Shown piece after piece: positions 28,746-40,047 of a DNA stretch of 64,000 nt (positions are counted from its first letter, which is position 1; each line of letters opens with the position of its first letter). The notes beneath the pieces were generated by a model. The model was given only the letters and a program-made list of their open reading frames with translations. It made no database searches and was not told the DNA's origin. The DNA comes from Chitinophagales bacterium. Lineage in GTDB: Bacteria > Bacteroidota > Bacteroidia > Chitinophagales > LD1. The position numbers and the translations under genes are program-made. The stretch spans positions 193,660 to 257,659 of the forward strand of contig JBGAIB010000002.1 in the NCBI GenBank assembly GCA_044225825.1, given 5' to 3'.

Positions 28746-29370
28746 CGTTACCGCCAAACCGGTTATTATAATCGATGATACTGGCCTTAATAACTACCAG
28801 CGCTTCCTGGCGACCATACACCGCGCTGATTTCTACTTTGCGCTGTTCGCCGGAGCCGGGAAGGTCCTTATAGGTAAGGAAATAGTGCCGAAGGCGGTTC
28901 AGGATTTTTTCATCCAGTTGTTCCAAATCCGTATATGCGCCATAAACGGCATCATCTTTCAGCACGGCAATTATTTTATCGTCGGCTTCGTTTTTATCTA
29001 TCATGCGCAGTCCGCCAATGGGAATAGCCTGGGTAATGAATCCGCTGTTGGGGAACGTTTTTTCGCTGAGTACCAGAATATCCATTGGATCCTGATCGCC
29101 GCCGATGCCGGGCCGTCCGGTTTTTTCAGAGCAAAAGCGGCCTACTTCTTTATCGCAAAGTGTTTGAGGAATGAAGCCATATAGGGCCGGTACAATATTC
29201 GAAAACAATTGAGGGCGGTCAACCTTCAACCAACCGCTCTCTTTGTCAATTTCGTATTTAACCGTATCGGTAGGTACAATTTCAATAAATGCCGTAAGCA
29301 CTTCCGGGGCCTTGTCGCCCACCCTGATACCGTGCCAGGGGTGTGCTGTATATTTCACGAACTGTTGCAT
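28735..29370 (-). CDS. ppa: Inorganic pyrophosphatase (family I)
   Basis: HPWH, KYEIDK, YGFIPQT, GDQDPMDILV, DDKIIAV. Confidence 0.95.
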   Translation of the reverse strand: MQQFVKYTAHPWHGIRVGDKAPEVLTAFIEIVPTDTVKYEIDKESGWLKVDRPQLFSNIVPALYGFIPQTLCDKEVGRFCSEKTGRPGIGGDQDPMDILVLSEKTFPNSGFITQAIPIGGLRMIDKNEADDKIIAVLKDDAVYGAYTDLEQLDEKILNRLRHYFLTYKDLPGSGEQRKVEISAVYGRQEALVVIKASIIDYNNRFGGNDAQ

Positions 29371-29379
29371 GCTGTAATA

Positions 29380-30177
29380 TTACCAACTTCCGCTGGCACC
29401 GCCACCGCTAAAGCCTCCGCCGCCAAAACCGCCAAAGCCACCGCTGCTGCTGCTGCTTCCTCCTCCGCCGAAACCACCAAAGCCTCCGCCCCAATAAGTG
29501 GGCCCCCGGTAACCGCCACGGCTATAGGTGCCGCCACCTCCGCCGCCATTGCGGAAAATAAGCGGAAGAATAAAAAATATAACAAAAATAATAAGTATGA
29601 TGGCCCACATCGGCAGGCCCTTTTTGGCGTGCGGCTCGTCGTTTACATACATGCCGCTAAGGCGCGCTATAATTTCATCGGTCGCCTCTTCGAAGCCCTG
29701 GTAGTAATCGCCGTTCTTGAAGTTTGGGGTAAGCCGGTCGTCGATGAGGTGTTGAACGGTAACGGAGCCCAGTTTCTCTTCCACACCATAGCCTGTGCGG
29801 ATAGTCATTTTGTGTTCCTTTTTTGCTACCAGAATAACAATGCCGTTATGGTTCTGCTTGGTTCCTACGCCCCACTTCTCACCCAGTTCGGCACCGTAAC
29901 TGCCTACTTCGGCACCATCCAGTGTTTCAATGGTAACAATTACAATTTGGGTGGAGGTAGAATCATCGTACGCCACCAGTTTATTTTCCAACTGGTTTAC
30001 TTCGGTTGCACTCATCATGTGCGCAAAGTCGTTCACCAGGCGGGGTGGATTGGGTGGCTCAGGGATATACTGTGCATGTAAGCCGGCGGGCAGCAGCAAC
30101 AACAATGCACTGATAACAAACAGCAAACTGATCCGGTATAAACTGCCGCCAGTTCTATTCTTCCTCACTAATTTCAT
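29380..30177 (-). CDS. TPM-domain protein with Gly-rich tail (YgcG family)
   Basis: LVNDFA, IRTGYGVE, terminal GGGFSGGGASGSW. Confidence 0.9.
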   Translation of the reverse strand: MKLVRKNRTGGSLYRISLLFVISALLLLLPAGLHAQYIPEPPNPPRLVNDFAHMMSATEVNQLENKLVAYDDSTSTQIVIVTIETLDGAEVGSYGAELGEKWGVGTKQNHNGIVILVAKKEHKMTIRTGYGVEEKLGSVTVQHLIDDRLTPNFKNGDYYQGFEEATDEIIARLSGMYVNDEPHAKKGLPMWAIILIIFVIFFILPLIFRNGGGGGGTYSRGGYRGPTYWGGGFGGFGGGGSSSSSGGFGGFGGGGFSGGGASGSW

Positions 30178-30595
30178 TTGGCAGTTCGTTTTTATCGTCG
30201 TTACCCAGTGGGAAATATTGTTTCAGCAATTCGCCGGTTTCGCGAATCGCAAAGGCTACACCTTCAAAAAATTCACTTTTCTGAAAGTGGCCGCGCATCA
30301 CTTCTTTCGTTCCATCCCAAAAATTAGCCGGCACCACTGCATTAATACCTTCGTCGCCTATGATGGCAAATTTTTTATCGCTGTAGGCAATGTATATAAG
30401 CACGCCATTTTTGCGGGCGGTGTTATTCATGCCCAGTTTATGGAATACTTCCACAGCACGTGCTATCACCTCGGGTGTTTTACAGTGTGGTTCGATGTGC
30501 ACGCGTATTTCGCCGCTGGTTTGCGTTTCGGCATGGGCAATTTCCTGCACGATGGCAGCGCCCTGTTCGGCCGAAAACAATTTATTGGAAGCCAT
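30155..30595 (-). CDS. TPM-domain protein
   Basis: AETQTSGEIRVHIE, NGVLIY, DKNELPNEIS. Confidence 0.9.
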   Translation of the reverse strand: MASNKLFSAEQGAAIVQEIAHAETQTSGEIRVHIEPHCKTPEVIARAVEVFHKLGMNNTARKNGVLIYIAYSDKKFAIIGDEGINAVVPANFWDGTKEVMRGHFQKSEFFEGVAFAIRETGELLKQYFPLGNDDKNELPNEISEEE

Positions 30596-30627
30596 AAAGC
30601 CTGTAGTTATACAGCGTTAGGCGGCAA

Positions 30628-31215
30628 CTATTTGCCGTCGTTAAACATTTTACCTACCGAAGGTGCCTTATCGCTGCCTTCATCAGCTTTGAAGTAACCT
30701 TTTGCACTAAAGCCAAACAGTTTGGCAGTAATAACCGCAGGGAAAGTGGAGATGCTGGCATTGTAGTCCTGCACGATGTCGTTGAACTTTTTGCGTTCAA
30801 AGGCAATTTTATCCTCGGTGCTGGTTAGCTCCGTGCGCAGGTCGGCATAACCCTGTGTTGCTTTTAAATCGGGGTAAGCTTCCATTACCAATAACAAGCG
30901 CGACAGATTGGTTTGTGCAGCCTGGAATTTGTCGATTTCTTCCTGCGACAGGTTGTTTACATCTACTTTGGTTTGAGTAGCGCTGGCGCGGGCCTGAACA
31001 ATTTTGTCCAGTGTTTCCTGTTCGTATTTACCACCTGCCTTAACGGTTTCCACCAGGTTAGGAATCAGGTCGGACCGGCGCTGATAGGCTGCCTCTACAT
31101 TGGCCCATTGACCGGTTACAGCTTCACGCTTTTTAACCAGTCCGTTGTAATTACAACCGGCCAGTAAAACGGTAATTAATACTACAGCTAATAATATGAT
31201 ACCTACATTTCTCAT
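30628..31215 (-). CDS. lemA: LemA family protein
   Basis: YQRRSDLIPNLVETVK, EAYPDLKA. Confidence 0.93.
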   Translation of the reverse strand: MRNVGIILLAVVLITVLLAGCNYNGLVKKREAVTGQWANVEAAYQRRSDLIPNLVETVKAGGKYEQETLDKIVQARASATQTKVDVNNLSQEEIDKFQAAQTNLSRLLLVMEAYPDLKATQGYADLRTELTSTEDKIAFERKKFNDIVQDYNASISTFPAVITAKLFGFSAKGYFKADEGSDKAPSVGKMFNDGK

Positions 31216-31325
31216 TTGGGTGATTTTTGGTTTGCGATTTAAAATTAGAAATTTAAACGGTTACGCAGCAGCTTTACTGCGGTGTAACTTTCCTACTTTT
31301 GACGCAGCACCCAATTAAAAATTGT

Positions 31326-31670
31326 ATGAGTAACATGATTAAAGAGTTCAACGATTACCGCAGCCGGATGAATGAAGTGATTTTAGCCAAGGATAATCTG
31401 GTATTAAAGCGTTTCTGGAGCCTTGACAACCAGGCTTATGCCGAAGGTGCCCTGCCTTCCAAAACCAAGGAATTGTTGGGTTTGGTGGCCAGTATGGTGT
31501 TGCGCTGCGATGATTGCATTAAATATCATTTGGAACAATGCCATAAAATGGGATGCAATACTGCCGAGATTTATGAAGTGTTTTCGGTGGCTAACCTTGT
31601 AGGCGGCTCCATAGTAATACCTCATACCCGCCGCGCTGCTGAGTTTTGGGAAGAATTACTGAAGAGTTAA
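31326..31670 (+). CDS. Carboxymuconolactone decarboxylase/AhpD family protein
   Basis: KTKELLGLVASMVLRCDDCIKYH. Confidence 0.9.
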   Translation: MSNMIKEFNDYRSRMNEVILAKDNLVLKRFWSLDNQAYAEGALPSKTKELLGLVASMVLRCDDCIKYHLEQCHKMGCNTAEIYEVFSVANLVGGSIVIPHTRRAAEFWEELLKS

Positions 31671-31720
31671 CCCAAGGTTAAGCAGGCTTTTTGTATTCTT
31701 GAGTTACTAATAGACCTGCT

Positions 31721-32833
31721 TTGTTCCGGCGCTTTTTTCAATTTTTAAATGTTTTATCGCTACTGGTGTTGCTGGCCGGCTGTTTGGCGGTATATGTAAA
31801 TCCCAACACCTTCTGGCAGCTTTCCTTTTTAGGTTTTGCTTTCCCCGTAATGCTGTTGCTGAATGCCTTTTTGTTCATTGGTTGGGCCGTGTTGTGGAGC
31901 CGCTTTGCCTTTGTATCGCTGGCGGCTATCCTGCTGTGTGTTCCTTTTGTGCGCACCACCTTTGGATTTCATTTTGGCGAGGACAGAGAGCAGGGTATTA
32001 AACTAATTACCTGGAACGCTAAAAACTTTGACCTGTATAACTGGAGCGGCAACCGTGAAAACCGTGCAGCTATGATGGAGCTGCTGAAAAAAGAAAATGC
32101 CGACGTGCTTTGCCTGCAGGAATTCTACACCAACAATCAATTCTTCCATAACCTGGAATATTTACGCGATACACTCGGCTACTCGTATGTGTATTTCCCT
32201 CCTGCGGTAGAGGTAAGCAAACTGCCTAAAACCAAACTACAACAAACCTTATGGCGCAGCGGCGTGCTGAAACAGCAGTGGGGCGTTGCCGTTTTTTCAA
32301 AGTTTCCCATTGTAGATACGGGTAGTATCCGCTTTGATAATTCGCTGGCGAATAACTGCATTTACACCGATATAGATTTTAAAGGTAAAGTGGTGCGGGT
32401 GTTTAATGTGCACTTTCAGAGCATACACCTGGGCTATGAAGATTATGCCACGCTTGATTCGCTGGCCGAAAAGCAGCAAACCAAATGGCATGCGCTGAAG
32501 AATATTTTACGGAAGATGAAAACAGCGAATGCGGGCCGTTCTATCCAGGCCCAGGCGGTGGCTGCGCAAGTAGCAGATTACAAGGGAGCCAAGATGCTTT
32601 GCGGCGATTTTAATGATGTTCCGGTTTCTTACACCTACCATACCGCTGGCGCTGGATTGCTGGATGCTTTTGTAGAAAAAGGCAAGGGGTTTTCGCCCAC
32701 GTTTGTAAATCCATTGTCTATTTTCAGGATAGACTACGTGCTGCACCAGGCCGGTATAGAACTACACAGCTACCGGGTAGTACGGGTACCGTTAAGCGAC
32801 CATTATCCTGTGGCAGTAACCTTTTCGCCCTGA
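31721..32833 (+). CDS. Endonuclease/exonuclease/phosphatase family membrane protein
   Basis: TWNA, LCLQE, CGDFND, RIDY, SDHYP; N-terminal membrane segments. Confidence 0.9.
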   Translation: MFRRFFQFLNVLSLLVLLAGCLAVYVNPNTFWQLSFLGFAFPVMLLLNAFLFIGWAVLWSRFAFVSLAAILLCVPFVRTTFGFHFGEDREQGIKLITWNAKNFDLYNWSGNRENRAAMMELLKKENADVLCLQEFYTNNQFFHNLEYLRDTLGYSYVYFPPAVEVSKLPKTKLQQTLWRSGVLKQQWGVAVFSKFPIVDTGSIRFDNSLANNCIYTDIDFKGKVVRVFNVHFQSIHLGYEDYATLDSLAEKQQTKWHALKNILRKMKTANAGRSIQAQAVAAQVADYKGAKMLCGDFNDVPVSYTYHTAGAGLLDAFVEKGKGFSPTFVNPLSIFRIDYVLHQAGIELHSYRVVRVPLSDHYPVAVTFSP

Positions 32834-32884
32834 AAATTTGTGAGAAGGCATCCAATACGCCTGTAGGGTACTTATATTAGCGCC

Positions 32885-34345
32885 ATGCAGGATTTGAAGA
32901 TTTATAATACCCTTACACGCGAGAAAGAAGTTTTTAAACCGCTGAACGGTCCATTTGTGGGCATGTATGTATGCGGTCCTACTTTATATAGCCATGCCCA
33001 CCTGGGCAATTGCCGCACCTTTATGAGCTTTGACGTAGTGTTCCGTTATCTACGCCACCTGGGTTATAAGGTGCGTTACATCCGCAACATTACCGACGTG
33101 GGCCACCTGGAAAGCGATGGCGACGAAGGGGAAGATAAAATTGCCAAACGTGCTCGCCTGGAAAAGCTGGAGCCCATGGAGATTGTGCAGTTGTACACCG
33201 TTGACTTTCATAAGGTGCTGGAACAGTTTAACCTGTTACCACCCAGCATTGAGCCAACCGCCACAGGCCATATTATTGAACAGATTGAAATGACCCGGCA
33301 GATTATTGCCAACGGTTATGGCTATGAAGTAGATGGTACCGTTTATTTTGATGTAGAGAAATTTGCAAAGACCTACCCTTACACAGCACTTTCGGGCCGT
33401 AATCTCGACGACCTGTTCGAAAACACGCGTGACCTGGAAGGACAAACGGAAAAGAAGGGCCGCCTTGATTTTGCACTTTGGAAGAAAGCAAAGCCGGAGC
33501 ATATTATGCGTTGGCCAAGCCCCTGGGGGGAAGGTTTCCCCGGCTGGCATATTGAGTGCTCGGCCATGAGCACCAAGTACCTGGGCGATGAATTTGATAT
33601 ACATGGTGGTGGTATGGATTTAATACCAACGCACCATACCAACGAAATAGCGCAGCATGCGGCTTGCCATCATAAGAGCCCTGCCAAAGTTTGGATGCAT
33701 ACCAATATGCTGACGGTGAACGGACAGAAGATGTCGAAGAGTTTAGGTAACTCGTTTTTACCGCAGGAACTTTTTGAAGGTCGCCATAAATTGCTGGAGC
33801 GCGGATATGCGCCGATGGTAGTTCGCTTTTTTATGTTGCAGGCACATTACCGCAGCACACTTGATTTCTCAAATATAGCGTTGCAAGCAGCAGAGAAGGG
33901 CTACCAGCGTTTGATGAATGCATTGAAGTTAATACCGGGTTTAAAAACATCCGATAAATCATCGTTTAAACTGGAAGACATAAAGGCCGCTGTGTACGAT
34001 GCTATGAACGACGACTTTAATACACCACTGGCACTGGCCGGTTTATTTGAGGGTGCACGGGTTATTAATTCGGTAAACGACGGCAAGGATAGTGTAACAC
34101 AAGGCGATAAAGAAGGTCTTCAAAAACTGTTTAATGAGATCATATTTGATGTTTTGGGATTGAAAGAAGAAAGCGCCGCCAACGATGGTAAGGTTGATGG
34201 CCTGATGGGATTGATACTGGAGTTGCGTAAGGATGTGCGTGCTAAAAAAGATTTTGCAGCATCGGATAAAATACGCGATGAACTGGCAAAGATTGGCATA
34301 CAGGTAAAGGACGGTAAGGAGGGTGTGAGCTGGACGCTGGGGTAA
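32885..34345 (+). CDS. cysS: Cysteine--tRNA ligase
   Basis: MYVCGPT, HLGN, PGWHIECSAM, KMSKS. Confidence 0.98.
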   Translation: MQDLKIYNTLTREKEVFKPLNGPFVGMYVCGPTLYSHAHLGNCRTFMSFDVVFRYLRHLGYKVRYIRNITDVGHLESDGDEGEDKIAKRARLEKLEPMEIVQLYTVDFHKVLEQFNLLPPSIEPTATGHIIEQIEMTRQIIANGYGYEVDGTVYFDVEKFAKTYPYTALSGRNLDDLFENTRDLEGQTEKKGRLDFALWKKAKPEHIMRWPSPWGEGFPGWHIECSAMSTKYLGDEFDIHGGGMDLIPTHHTNEIAQHAACHHKSPAKVWMHTNMLTVNGQKMSKSLGNSFLPQELFEGRHKLLERGYAPMVVRFFMLQAHYRSTLDFSNIALQAAEKGYQRLMNALKLIPGLKTSDKSSFKLEDIKAAVYDAMNDDFNTPLALAGLFEGARVINSVNDGKDSVTQGDKEGLQKLFNEIIFDVLGLKEESAANDGKVDGLMGLILELRKDVRAKKDFAASDKIRDELAKIGIQVKDGKEGVSWTLG

Positions 34346-34439
34346 TGGCGTGAACGTAAAACTATTCACCACAGATTACGCAGATTAACACAGATTAAAT
34401 ACAGAGGGTATCGGGTCTGTATAGATTTATACAAGTTCT

Positions 34440-35474
34440 ATGAACAAAAGAAACATACTTACCACCGGCGGAGTGGTGTTGCTTATTACTGTGTTATTGG
34501 CCTCGCAGGTTGGTGGTTGCCAGAAATGCAATAGTGGCACCTACAACGGGAATGATACGACCGTAACTACCACCCCTGAAGTAAAGGTGAGCGCCCCTAA
34601 GTTTGATGCGGACACCGCGTTTTACCTGGTACGTCAACAGGTGGCCATGGGCCCTCGTGCTATGAACTTTAAAGTGCATGATGATTGTGGCCGCTGGATT
34701 ATTGCTGAAGCAAAGAAATATGCCGATACGGTATATGTGCAACAATTTGAAGTAAAAGCGTGGGATGGAAAATTACTGAAGGGCACCAACATCATTGCCT
34801 CTTTTAACCCCTCCGCTACAAAACGAATTTTAATCAGCACACACTGGGATAGCCGCCCCTGGGCCGATCAGGATAGTAAAGATCAGGACCAACCAATACT
34901 TGCAGCCAATGATGCCGCCAGCGGCGTGGGTGTTATGCTGGAGCTGGCACGTGCCATTCGCAGTCAGCCTAACTATGTGGGCGTTGATCTTTTTTTTAAC
35001 GATGCTGAAGACTACGGCAAAAGCGAAGGTGGCGAAGACAGCTATTGCTTAGGTGTGCAGTACTGGGGCAAGCATTTGCATGTGCCCGGTTACCATGCCG
35101 ACTTCGGCATTCTGCTGGATATGGTTGGCGCCCGTAATTCCGTTTTTGCGCGCGAAGTATATTCATCCTCCACTGCCGGTTGGGTGCAGGATATGGTATG
35201 GGAAAATGCTAAGCGGGCGGGCTACTCCGGTTTCTTTACCGATCAGCAGATGGGCCCCATTACCGACGACCACGTTTATATCAATCGCCTAACCGGTATT
35301 CCTACTATCGATATCATTCATTATGATCCTAGTTCGCGCTCCGGAACCTTCGGCGATTACTGGCATACCCATGCCGACAATATGGATATCATTGATAAGG
35401 GCACGCTGCGCGCGGTTGGCGAAACGCTGCTGTATACCATCTACCGTTTTGATGCGGAGCAAAAGCCGCAATAA
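34440..35474 (+). CDS. M28 family peptidase / glutaminyl cyclase-like protein
   Basis: HWDSRP, ANDAASGV, DAED, LDMVG, DDH, WHT. Confidence 0.88.
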   Translation: MNKRNILTTGGVVLLITVLLASQVGGCQKCNSGTYNGNDTTVTTTPEVKVSAPKFDADTAFYLVRQQVAMGPRAMNFKVHDDCGRWIIAEAKKYADTVYVQQFEVKAWDGKLLKGTNIIASFNPSATKRILISTHWDSRPWADQDSKDQDQPILAANDAASGVGVMLELARAIRSQPNYVGVDLFFNDAEDYGKSEGGEDSYCLGVQYWGKHLHVPGYHADFGILLDMVGARNSVFAREVYSSSTAGWVQDMVWENAKRAGYSGFFTDQQMGPITDDHVYINRLTGIPTIDIIHYDPSSRSGTFGDYWHTHADNMDIIDKGTLRAVGETLLYTIYRFDAEQKPQ

Positions 35475-37658
35475 TTATTTTACACTGAACGCTATGCTTT
35501 GCAAAGCCGCAGCATCGCAGCTGTTTCCGATGTAAGCTGTGTAGGCCGTTTTTTCGACAATCCACTTATCGGCAGTTGCATCATAATATGCTAAAGATTG
35601 CACCGGTACGGTTAGTGTGATCTCCCGCTGTTCGTTAAACAACAAGGGCACTTTTGCAAAAGCACGTAACAACTTAACCGGGCGATCCACTTGTGAGTTA
35701 TTGCAGCCTACATATAACTGTATCACTTCGCTACCCGCCCGTTTGCCGGTGTTTTTTACCAGCACTTTAATTTCTAAGGAGTCGTCTTCGTGTAATTCGC
35801 TTTGCTGCATTTTAGGTGCTCCTATTTCGAAGGTGGTATAGCTTAAGCCATAGCCGAACGGGAAGGCCGGTTCGATATGCTTCTTATCCAACAAGGTATA
35901 ACCGTGGTAATAGCCATAGGTAATACTATCAGGCGCAAAAGGTTTTTCCGGCAAGTCGCTTTCTTTAACAGGAATAGTAAATGGCAATTTGCCCGAAGGG
36001 TTAGCATCGCCAAACAACAGCTTAGGCATAGCGTAAGCGCCTTCCATGCCATGATACCAGGTGATTAAAATAGCAGGCACTTTATGCTTCCACTCTTCCA
36101 TTGTTATAGCGCTGCCGCCACTAAGCATTACCGTGGTTTTGGGGTTGGCCGCTACAGCTATTTCTATTGTTTGCATGTCGCGCTGCGAGAGCGAAAGAGT
36201 TTCGCGGTCGCCACCGCCCTGCACACGCAAGCCCGCCAGGTATTTGCTTTTTAATCCCGGCTTTTTGGTTTCGCTGCGCATCGTCATAAACTCGCCTTCG
36301 TCTTCATACGATATGCCGGCCACCACTACTACAGCGTCGGCCTTAGCACAAACCGCTTTCAGCTCTTCCACATTTTTTCCTGAAGCATGCAGCAATTTGA
36401 TGTTTGCGGCACCGCAATATTCTGTAAATGCCTGTAAAGGCGTAAGCACATAATTGGAGCGCACAAAACTGCTTCCGCGGTCACCGTCGTTTGGTTTATC
36501 GCTTAAATAACCAACCAGCGCAATTGTTTTAATGCTGCCCGCAGCAAGCGGTAGAAGTTTGTTTTCGTTCTTCAAAAGCACAGCGCTTTCTTCTGCGGCC
36601 TGATAAGCTAAATCTTCATTCGGTTTATAGTTTACCGGAACAGGATCACCAACTTGCTTGCGGATGTATTGAAAAAGGTATTTGGTAAATAGCGTGGGCC
36701 GCACCAGGTTGTCGATATCAGCTTCGGTTATCTCGCCGTTCGCAATGGCTTTTTTTATTTTTCCATAGGTATAAAATACCGGGTTAGGCATCTCCACATT
36801 CATACCTGCTTTAATGGCTGCAGCGGTACTGCGCGTTCCTAAAATCCAATCGCTGTGTACAAAGCCTTTAAAGTGCCATTGTTTACGCAGAATGTTATTC
36901 AGCAGTTCGGCATTATCGCTGCAATACAAACCGTTTACCTTGTTGTAAGCGCTCATAATACTGCCAATACCTTCGTCTACCACCATTTTAAAATGCGGTA
37001 AATAAACTTCGTGCAGGGTGCGTTTATCTACTTTAATGTCTACCGTAAAGCGGGCGTTCTCGATACTATTAAGTGCGTAGTGCTTGGCTGTTGCCATTAC
37101 GCCATAGCGCTGTATACCGTGCACCAAAGCCGCTGCCATTTTACCTGTTAGCCAGGGGTCTTCTCCATAAGCTTCCTGCGCGCGGCCATTTAACGGGCTA
37201 TATAGAATATTCATGCAGGGTGCTCCTACCAGATCGGCGCCGGTGTGCCGCGCGTCAATCGCCATGGTTTCACCAATGCGCTGCTCCAGTGCTGTATTCC
37301 AGGTGGCGGCACGCGCCATAGCGCAGGGGAAATTCGTATGCCCCTTGCGCACCACACCCCGCGGACCATCCGTAAACGTAGCACCGGGAATATTGTACTT
37401 TTTGTGTTCGCCGATACTCATTAAAGGCAAGCCCTTGCCCGAGAGTAGCGCAGCTGCAGCCTTGGCAAAAAAGTGGCCGGCGGTATTCATCTGCCCCACC
37501 TTTTCTTTCAGCGATAGCTTTTTTAGAACAGTGTCGGTCTGTTGAGTAGCATAGGCTACTGCGGCGGTATCCTTAAACGGATTGCCGTTTTGTACAGGTT
37601 GGGCCATAACCAGATGGTATGTAGTGAGCAGAAAAAGCACGCAAAATAAACTACGCAT
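35475..37658 (-). CDS. Glycoside hydrolase family 3 (beta-glucosidase) with Fn3-like C-terminus
   Basis: TDGPRG, GRAQEAYGEDP, KHY, SDW nucleophile, FPFGYGLSYTTF. Confidence 0.93.
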   Translation of the reverse strand: MRSLFCVLFLLTTYHLVMAQPVQNGNPFKDTAAVAYATQQTDTVLKKLSLKEKVGQMNTAGHFFAKAAAALLSGKGLPLMSIGEHKKYNIPGATFTDGPRGVVRKGHTNFPCAMARAATWNTALEQRIGETMAIDARHTGADLVGAPCMNILYSPLNGRAQEAYGEDPWLTGKMAAALVHGIQRYGVMATAKHYALNSIENARFTVDIKVDKRTLHEVYLPHFKMVVDEGIGSIMSAYNKVNGLYCSDNAELLNNILRKQWHFKGFVHSDWILGTRSTAAAIKAGMNVEMPNPVFYTYGKIKKAIANGEITEADIDNLVRPTLFTKYLFQYIRKQVGDPVPVNYKPNEDLAYQAAEESAVLLKNENKLLPLAAGSIKTIALVGYLSDKPNDGDRGSSFVRSNYVLTPLQAFTEYCGAANIKLLHASGKNVEELKAVCAKADAVVVVAGISYEDEGEFMTMRSETKKPGLKSKYLAGLRVQGGGDRETLSLSQRDMQTIEIAVAANPKTTVMLSGGSAITMEEWKHKVPAILITWYHGMEGAYAMPKLLFGDANPSGKLPFTIPVKESDLPEKPFAPDSITYGYYHGYTLLDKKHIEPAFPFGYGLSYTTFEIGAPKMQQSELHEDDSLEIKVLVKNTGKRAGSEVIQLYVGCNNSQVDRPVKLLRAFAKVPLLFNEQREITLTVPVQSLAYYDATADKWIVEKTAYTAYIGNSCDAAALQSIAFSVK

Positions 37659-37684
37659 GCTGCAATATAATAAACGGTAATAGC

Positions 37685-38620
37685 TTAGGCTTTTGCCTGG
37701 GCTGTTTCGGTTTCGCGCTGATAATAACCCGTACCATCGTATGCGCGTTTGCCCGGTGCCTGCATACAAGCCTCACTGCAACAGCCTTCCATTTTCCAAC
37801 CGCAGCTTTCGCACAGTACAAAATGCTCGTTACACTCGGCATTAGCACAGTTAACCATATGGGCGCTTGGGGTGCCGCATATTTTGCAGGTAGATACCAC
37901 TGTTGGGGTAACCTTGTTTACATCCACTACCACGCGGTTATCGAACACATACAGTTTGCCTTCGAAGTTTTTACCGCCTGTTTCTTTGGCATACTTCACA
38001 ACGCCGCCATCAACCTGGTATACGTTCTTAAAACCGTTCTGTAACAGATAGCCGCTGGCCTTTTCGCACTTAATGCCGCCTGTGCAATAGGTTACCACTT
38101 TCTTATCCTTCAGGTGTTCCAGTTGCTTTAACTGTTCAGGAAAATCGCGGAAGTTGTCGATATCCAGCTTAAGCGCGTTTTTAAAATGGCCCACATTGCT
38201 TTCGTAGTTCGAGCGCACATCAACAAACACCACATCGTCCTGTTCAATCATTTCATCCACCTCATGTGGCTTCAAATGAATACCGGTGGTTTGGTTGGGG
38301 TCTACATTTTTGATGCCCCTCAAACTACTGTGCACGATCTCGGGTTTCAAGCGCACATACAAGCGCTCAAAAGAAGGGGCATCCACCTCATCAATCTTAA
38401 ACTCAATGCCCTCAAACAACGGGTTACTGCGCACCTGATCCATGTACTTTTTGCATTGCACTACCGTGCCGGAGATGGTGCCGTTCAGGCCTTCTTCGGC
38501 TACAATAATGCGCCCCACTATTCCCAAGCGCTCGCAAAACTCCAGGTGTTGTTGCGCAAATTCAGCGGCATTGGGTATAGTTGTATACTTATAATACAGT
38601 AAGGTTTGGTATGGTTTCAT
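37685..38620 (-). CDS. trhO: Rhodanese-related tRNA uridine(34) hydroxylase (UPF0176)
   Basis: LLYYKY, EGLNGT, DVRSNYE..GHF, YCTGGIKCEK, LYVFDNR. Confidence 0.88.
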   Translation of the reverse strand: MKPYQTLLYYKYTTIPNAAEFAQQHLEFCERLGIVGRIIVAEEGLNGTISGTVVQCKKYMDQVRSNPLFEGIEFKIDEVDAPSFERLYVRLKPEIVHSSLRGIKNVDPNQTTGIHLKPHEVDEMIEQDDVVFVDVRSNYESNVGHFKNALKLDIDNFRDFPEQLKQLEHLKDKKVVTYCTGGIKCEKASGYLLQNGFKNVYQVDGGVVKYAKETGGKNFEGKLYVFDNRVVVDVNKVTPTVVSTCKICGTPSAHMVNCANAECNEHFVLCESCGWKMEGCCSEACMQAPGKRAYDGTGYYQRETETAQAKA

Positions 38621-38737
38621 AATTCTGCGCTTCGCTTTATCCGAAGGGCAAAAATAAAGGTTTTGCCGCATTACCCCATAGTCGGCGCTGCGGCAAAGAG
38701 AGTATCGCGGGCGGTTAAAAAACCTTAGGTTTGTAGT

Positions 38738-39925
38738 ATGTACACCATTCAGCAGCGATTACAGAAAGATCTACAGGAAATCCGCGAAGCGGGATTGTAT
38801 AAAAACGAGCGCGTTATTACTACCCCGCAGGGCGCTGATATACATACCACAGCCGGTAAGGACGTGATTAACTTTTGCGCCAACAATTACCTGGGGCTTA
38901 GCTCGCACCCCAAAGTTATTATGGCTGCCAAACACGCTATTGATACCCATGGCTATGGCATGAGCAGCGTGCGTTTTATCTGCGGCACCCAGGATATTCA
39001 TAAAGAACTGGAGAAGAAAATATCGGAGTTTTTGGGCACGGAGGATACCATCCTGTATGCTGCGGCATTTGACGCTAACGGTGGGGTATTCGAGCCTTTG
39101 TTTAACGAAGAGGATGCGATTATAAGTGATGAATTGAATCATGCCTCTATTATAGACGGTATCCGTTTGTGTAAGGCTTTCCGCTACCGTTATAAGAATA
39201 ACGATATGGCCGACCTGGAGGCGAAGCTGCAGGAATCGCAAAAATGCCGTTCGCGGATTATTGTAACGGATGGTGTGTTTAGTATGGATGGCACTATTGC
39301 GCAATTAGATGCCATTGTTGCCTTAGCGGAAAAATACAACGCCCTGATTATGGTGGATGAATGCCATGCAACAGGCTTTATGGGTAAAACCGGCAGGGGC
39401 ACACACGAGTATCGCGGTGTGGTAGGTAAAATCGACATCATAACCGGCACGCTTGGCAAAGCGCTTGGTGGTGCCAGCGGCGGCTTTACCAGCGGCCGAA
39501 AAGAGATCATAGAGTTATTGCGCCAGCGTTCGCGCCCGTACCTCTTCAGCAATACCGTGATGCCCGCTATTGTGGGTGCCAGCATTGCTGTAATGGATAT
39601 GCTGAGCGAAACCACTGAATTGCGTGATAAGCTGGAGCGCAATACAAAATACTTCCGTGAGAAAATGACTGCAGCAGGTTTTGATATCAAGCCAGGCGAA
39701 CACCCCATCGTACCAGTTATGTTATACGATGCCGTACTGGCGCAGAATTTTGCTGCCCGCCTGCTGGAAGAAGGTATCTATGTTATCGGTTTCTTTTATC
39801 CGGTTGTAGCAAAAGGTTTGGCACGCATACGCGTGCAGGTTAGTGCCGGTCATGAGATTCACCATTTGGATAAGGCCGTAGAAGCCTTTACCAAAGTTGG
39901 AAAGGAACTGTGCGTTATAAAGTAG
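38738..39925 (+). CDS. kbl: Glycine C-acetyltransferase (2-amino-3-ketobutyrate CoA ligase)
   Basis: [43 protein letters not shown]. Confidence 0.96.
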   Translation: MYTIQQRLQKDLQEIREAGLYKNERVITTPQGADIHTTAGKDVINFCANNYLGLSSHPKVIMAAKHAIDTHGYGMSSVRFICGTQDIHKELEKKISEFLGTEDTILYAAAFDANGGVFEPLFNEEDAIISDELNHASIIDGIRLCKAFRYRYKNNDMADLEAKLQESQKCRSRIIVTDGVFSMDGTIAQLDAIVALAEKYNALIMVDECHATGFMGKTGRGTHEYRGVVGKIDIITGTLGKALGGASGGFTSGRKEIIELLRQRSRPYLFSNTVMPAIVGASIAVMDMLSETTELRDKLERNTKYFREKMTAAGFDIKPGEHPIVPVMLYDAVLAQNFAARLLEEGIYVIGFFYPVVAKGLARIRVQVSAGHEIHHLDKAVEAFTKVGKELCVIK

Positions 39926-40047
39926 GCAGCCTCTTAACCTTTGCTATACCTTTGGTGGCATACAAATAGGACAATAATTTCATGCGTTATTGTCTTTTTT
40001 TAAGCAACTTAATCAATCTTGTTGCGTTCTAGGTAACAAAACAGCTT

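Noticed and set aside
29209-30697. Long plus-strand ORFs 29209..30081 and 29930..30697
   Set aside because: Antisense shadows of the TPM genes; the Ala-rich text mirrors the Gly-rich tail
34366-34400. CAGATT short tandem repeats after cysS, and similar CAAAG 8-mers at 12055-12140
   Set aside because: Short degenerate intergenic repeats of a kind common in Bacteroidota, with no associated gene here
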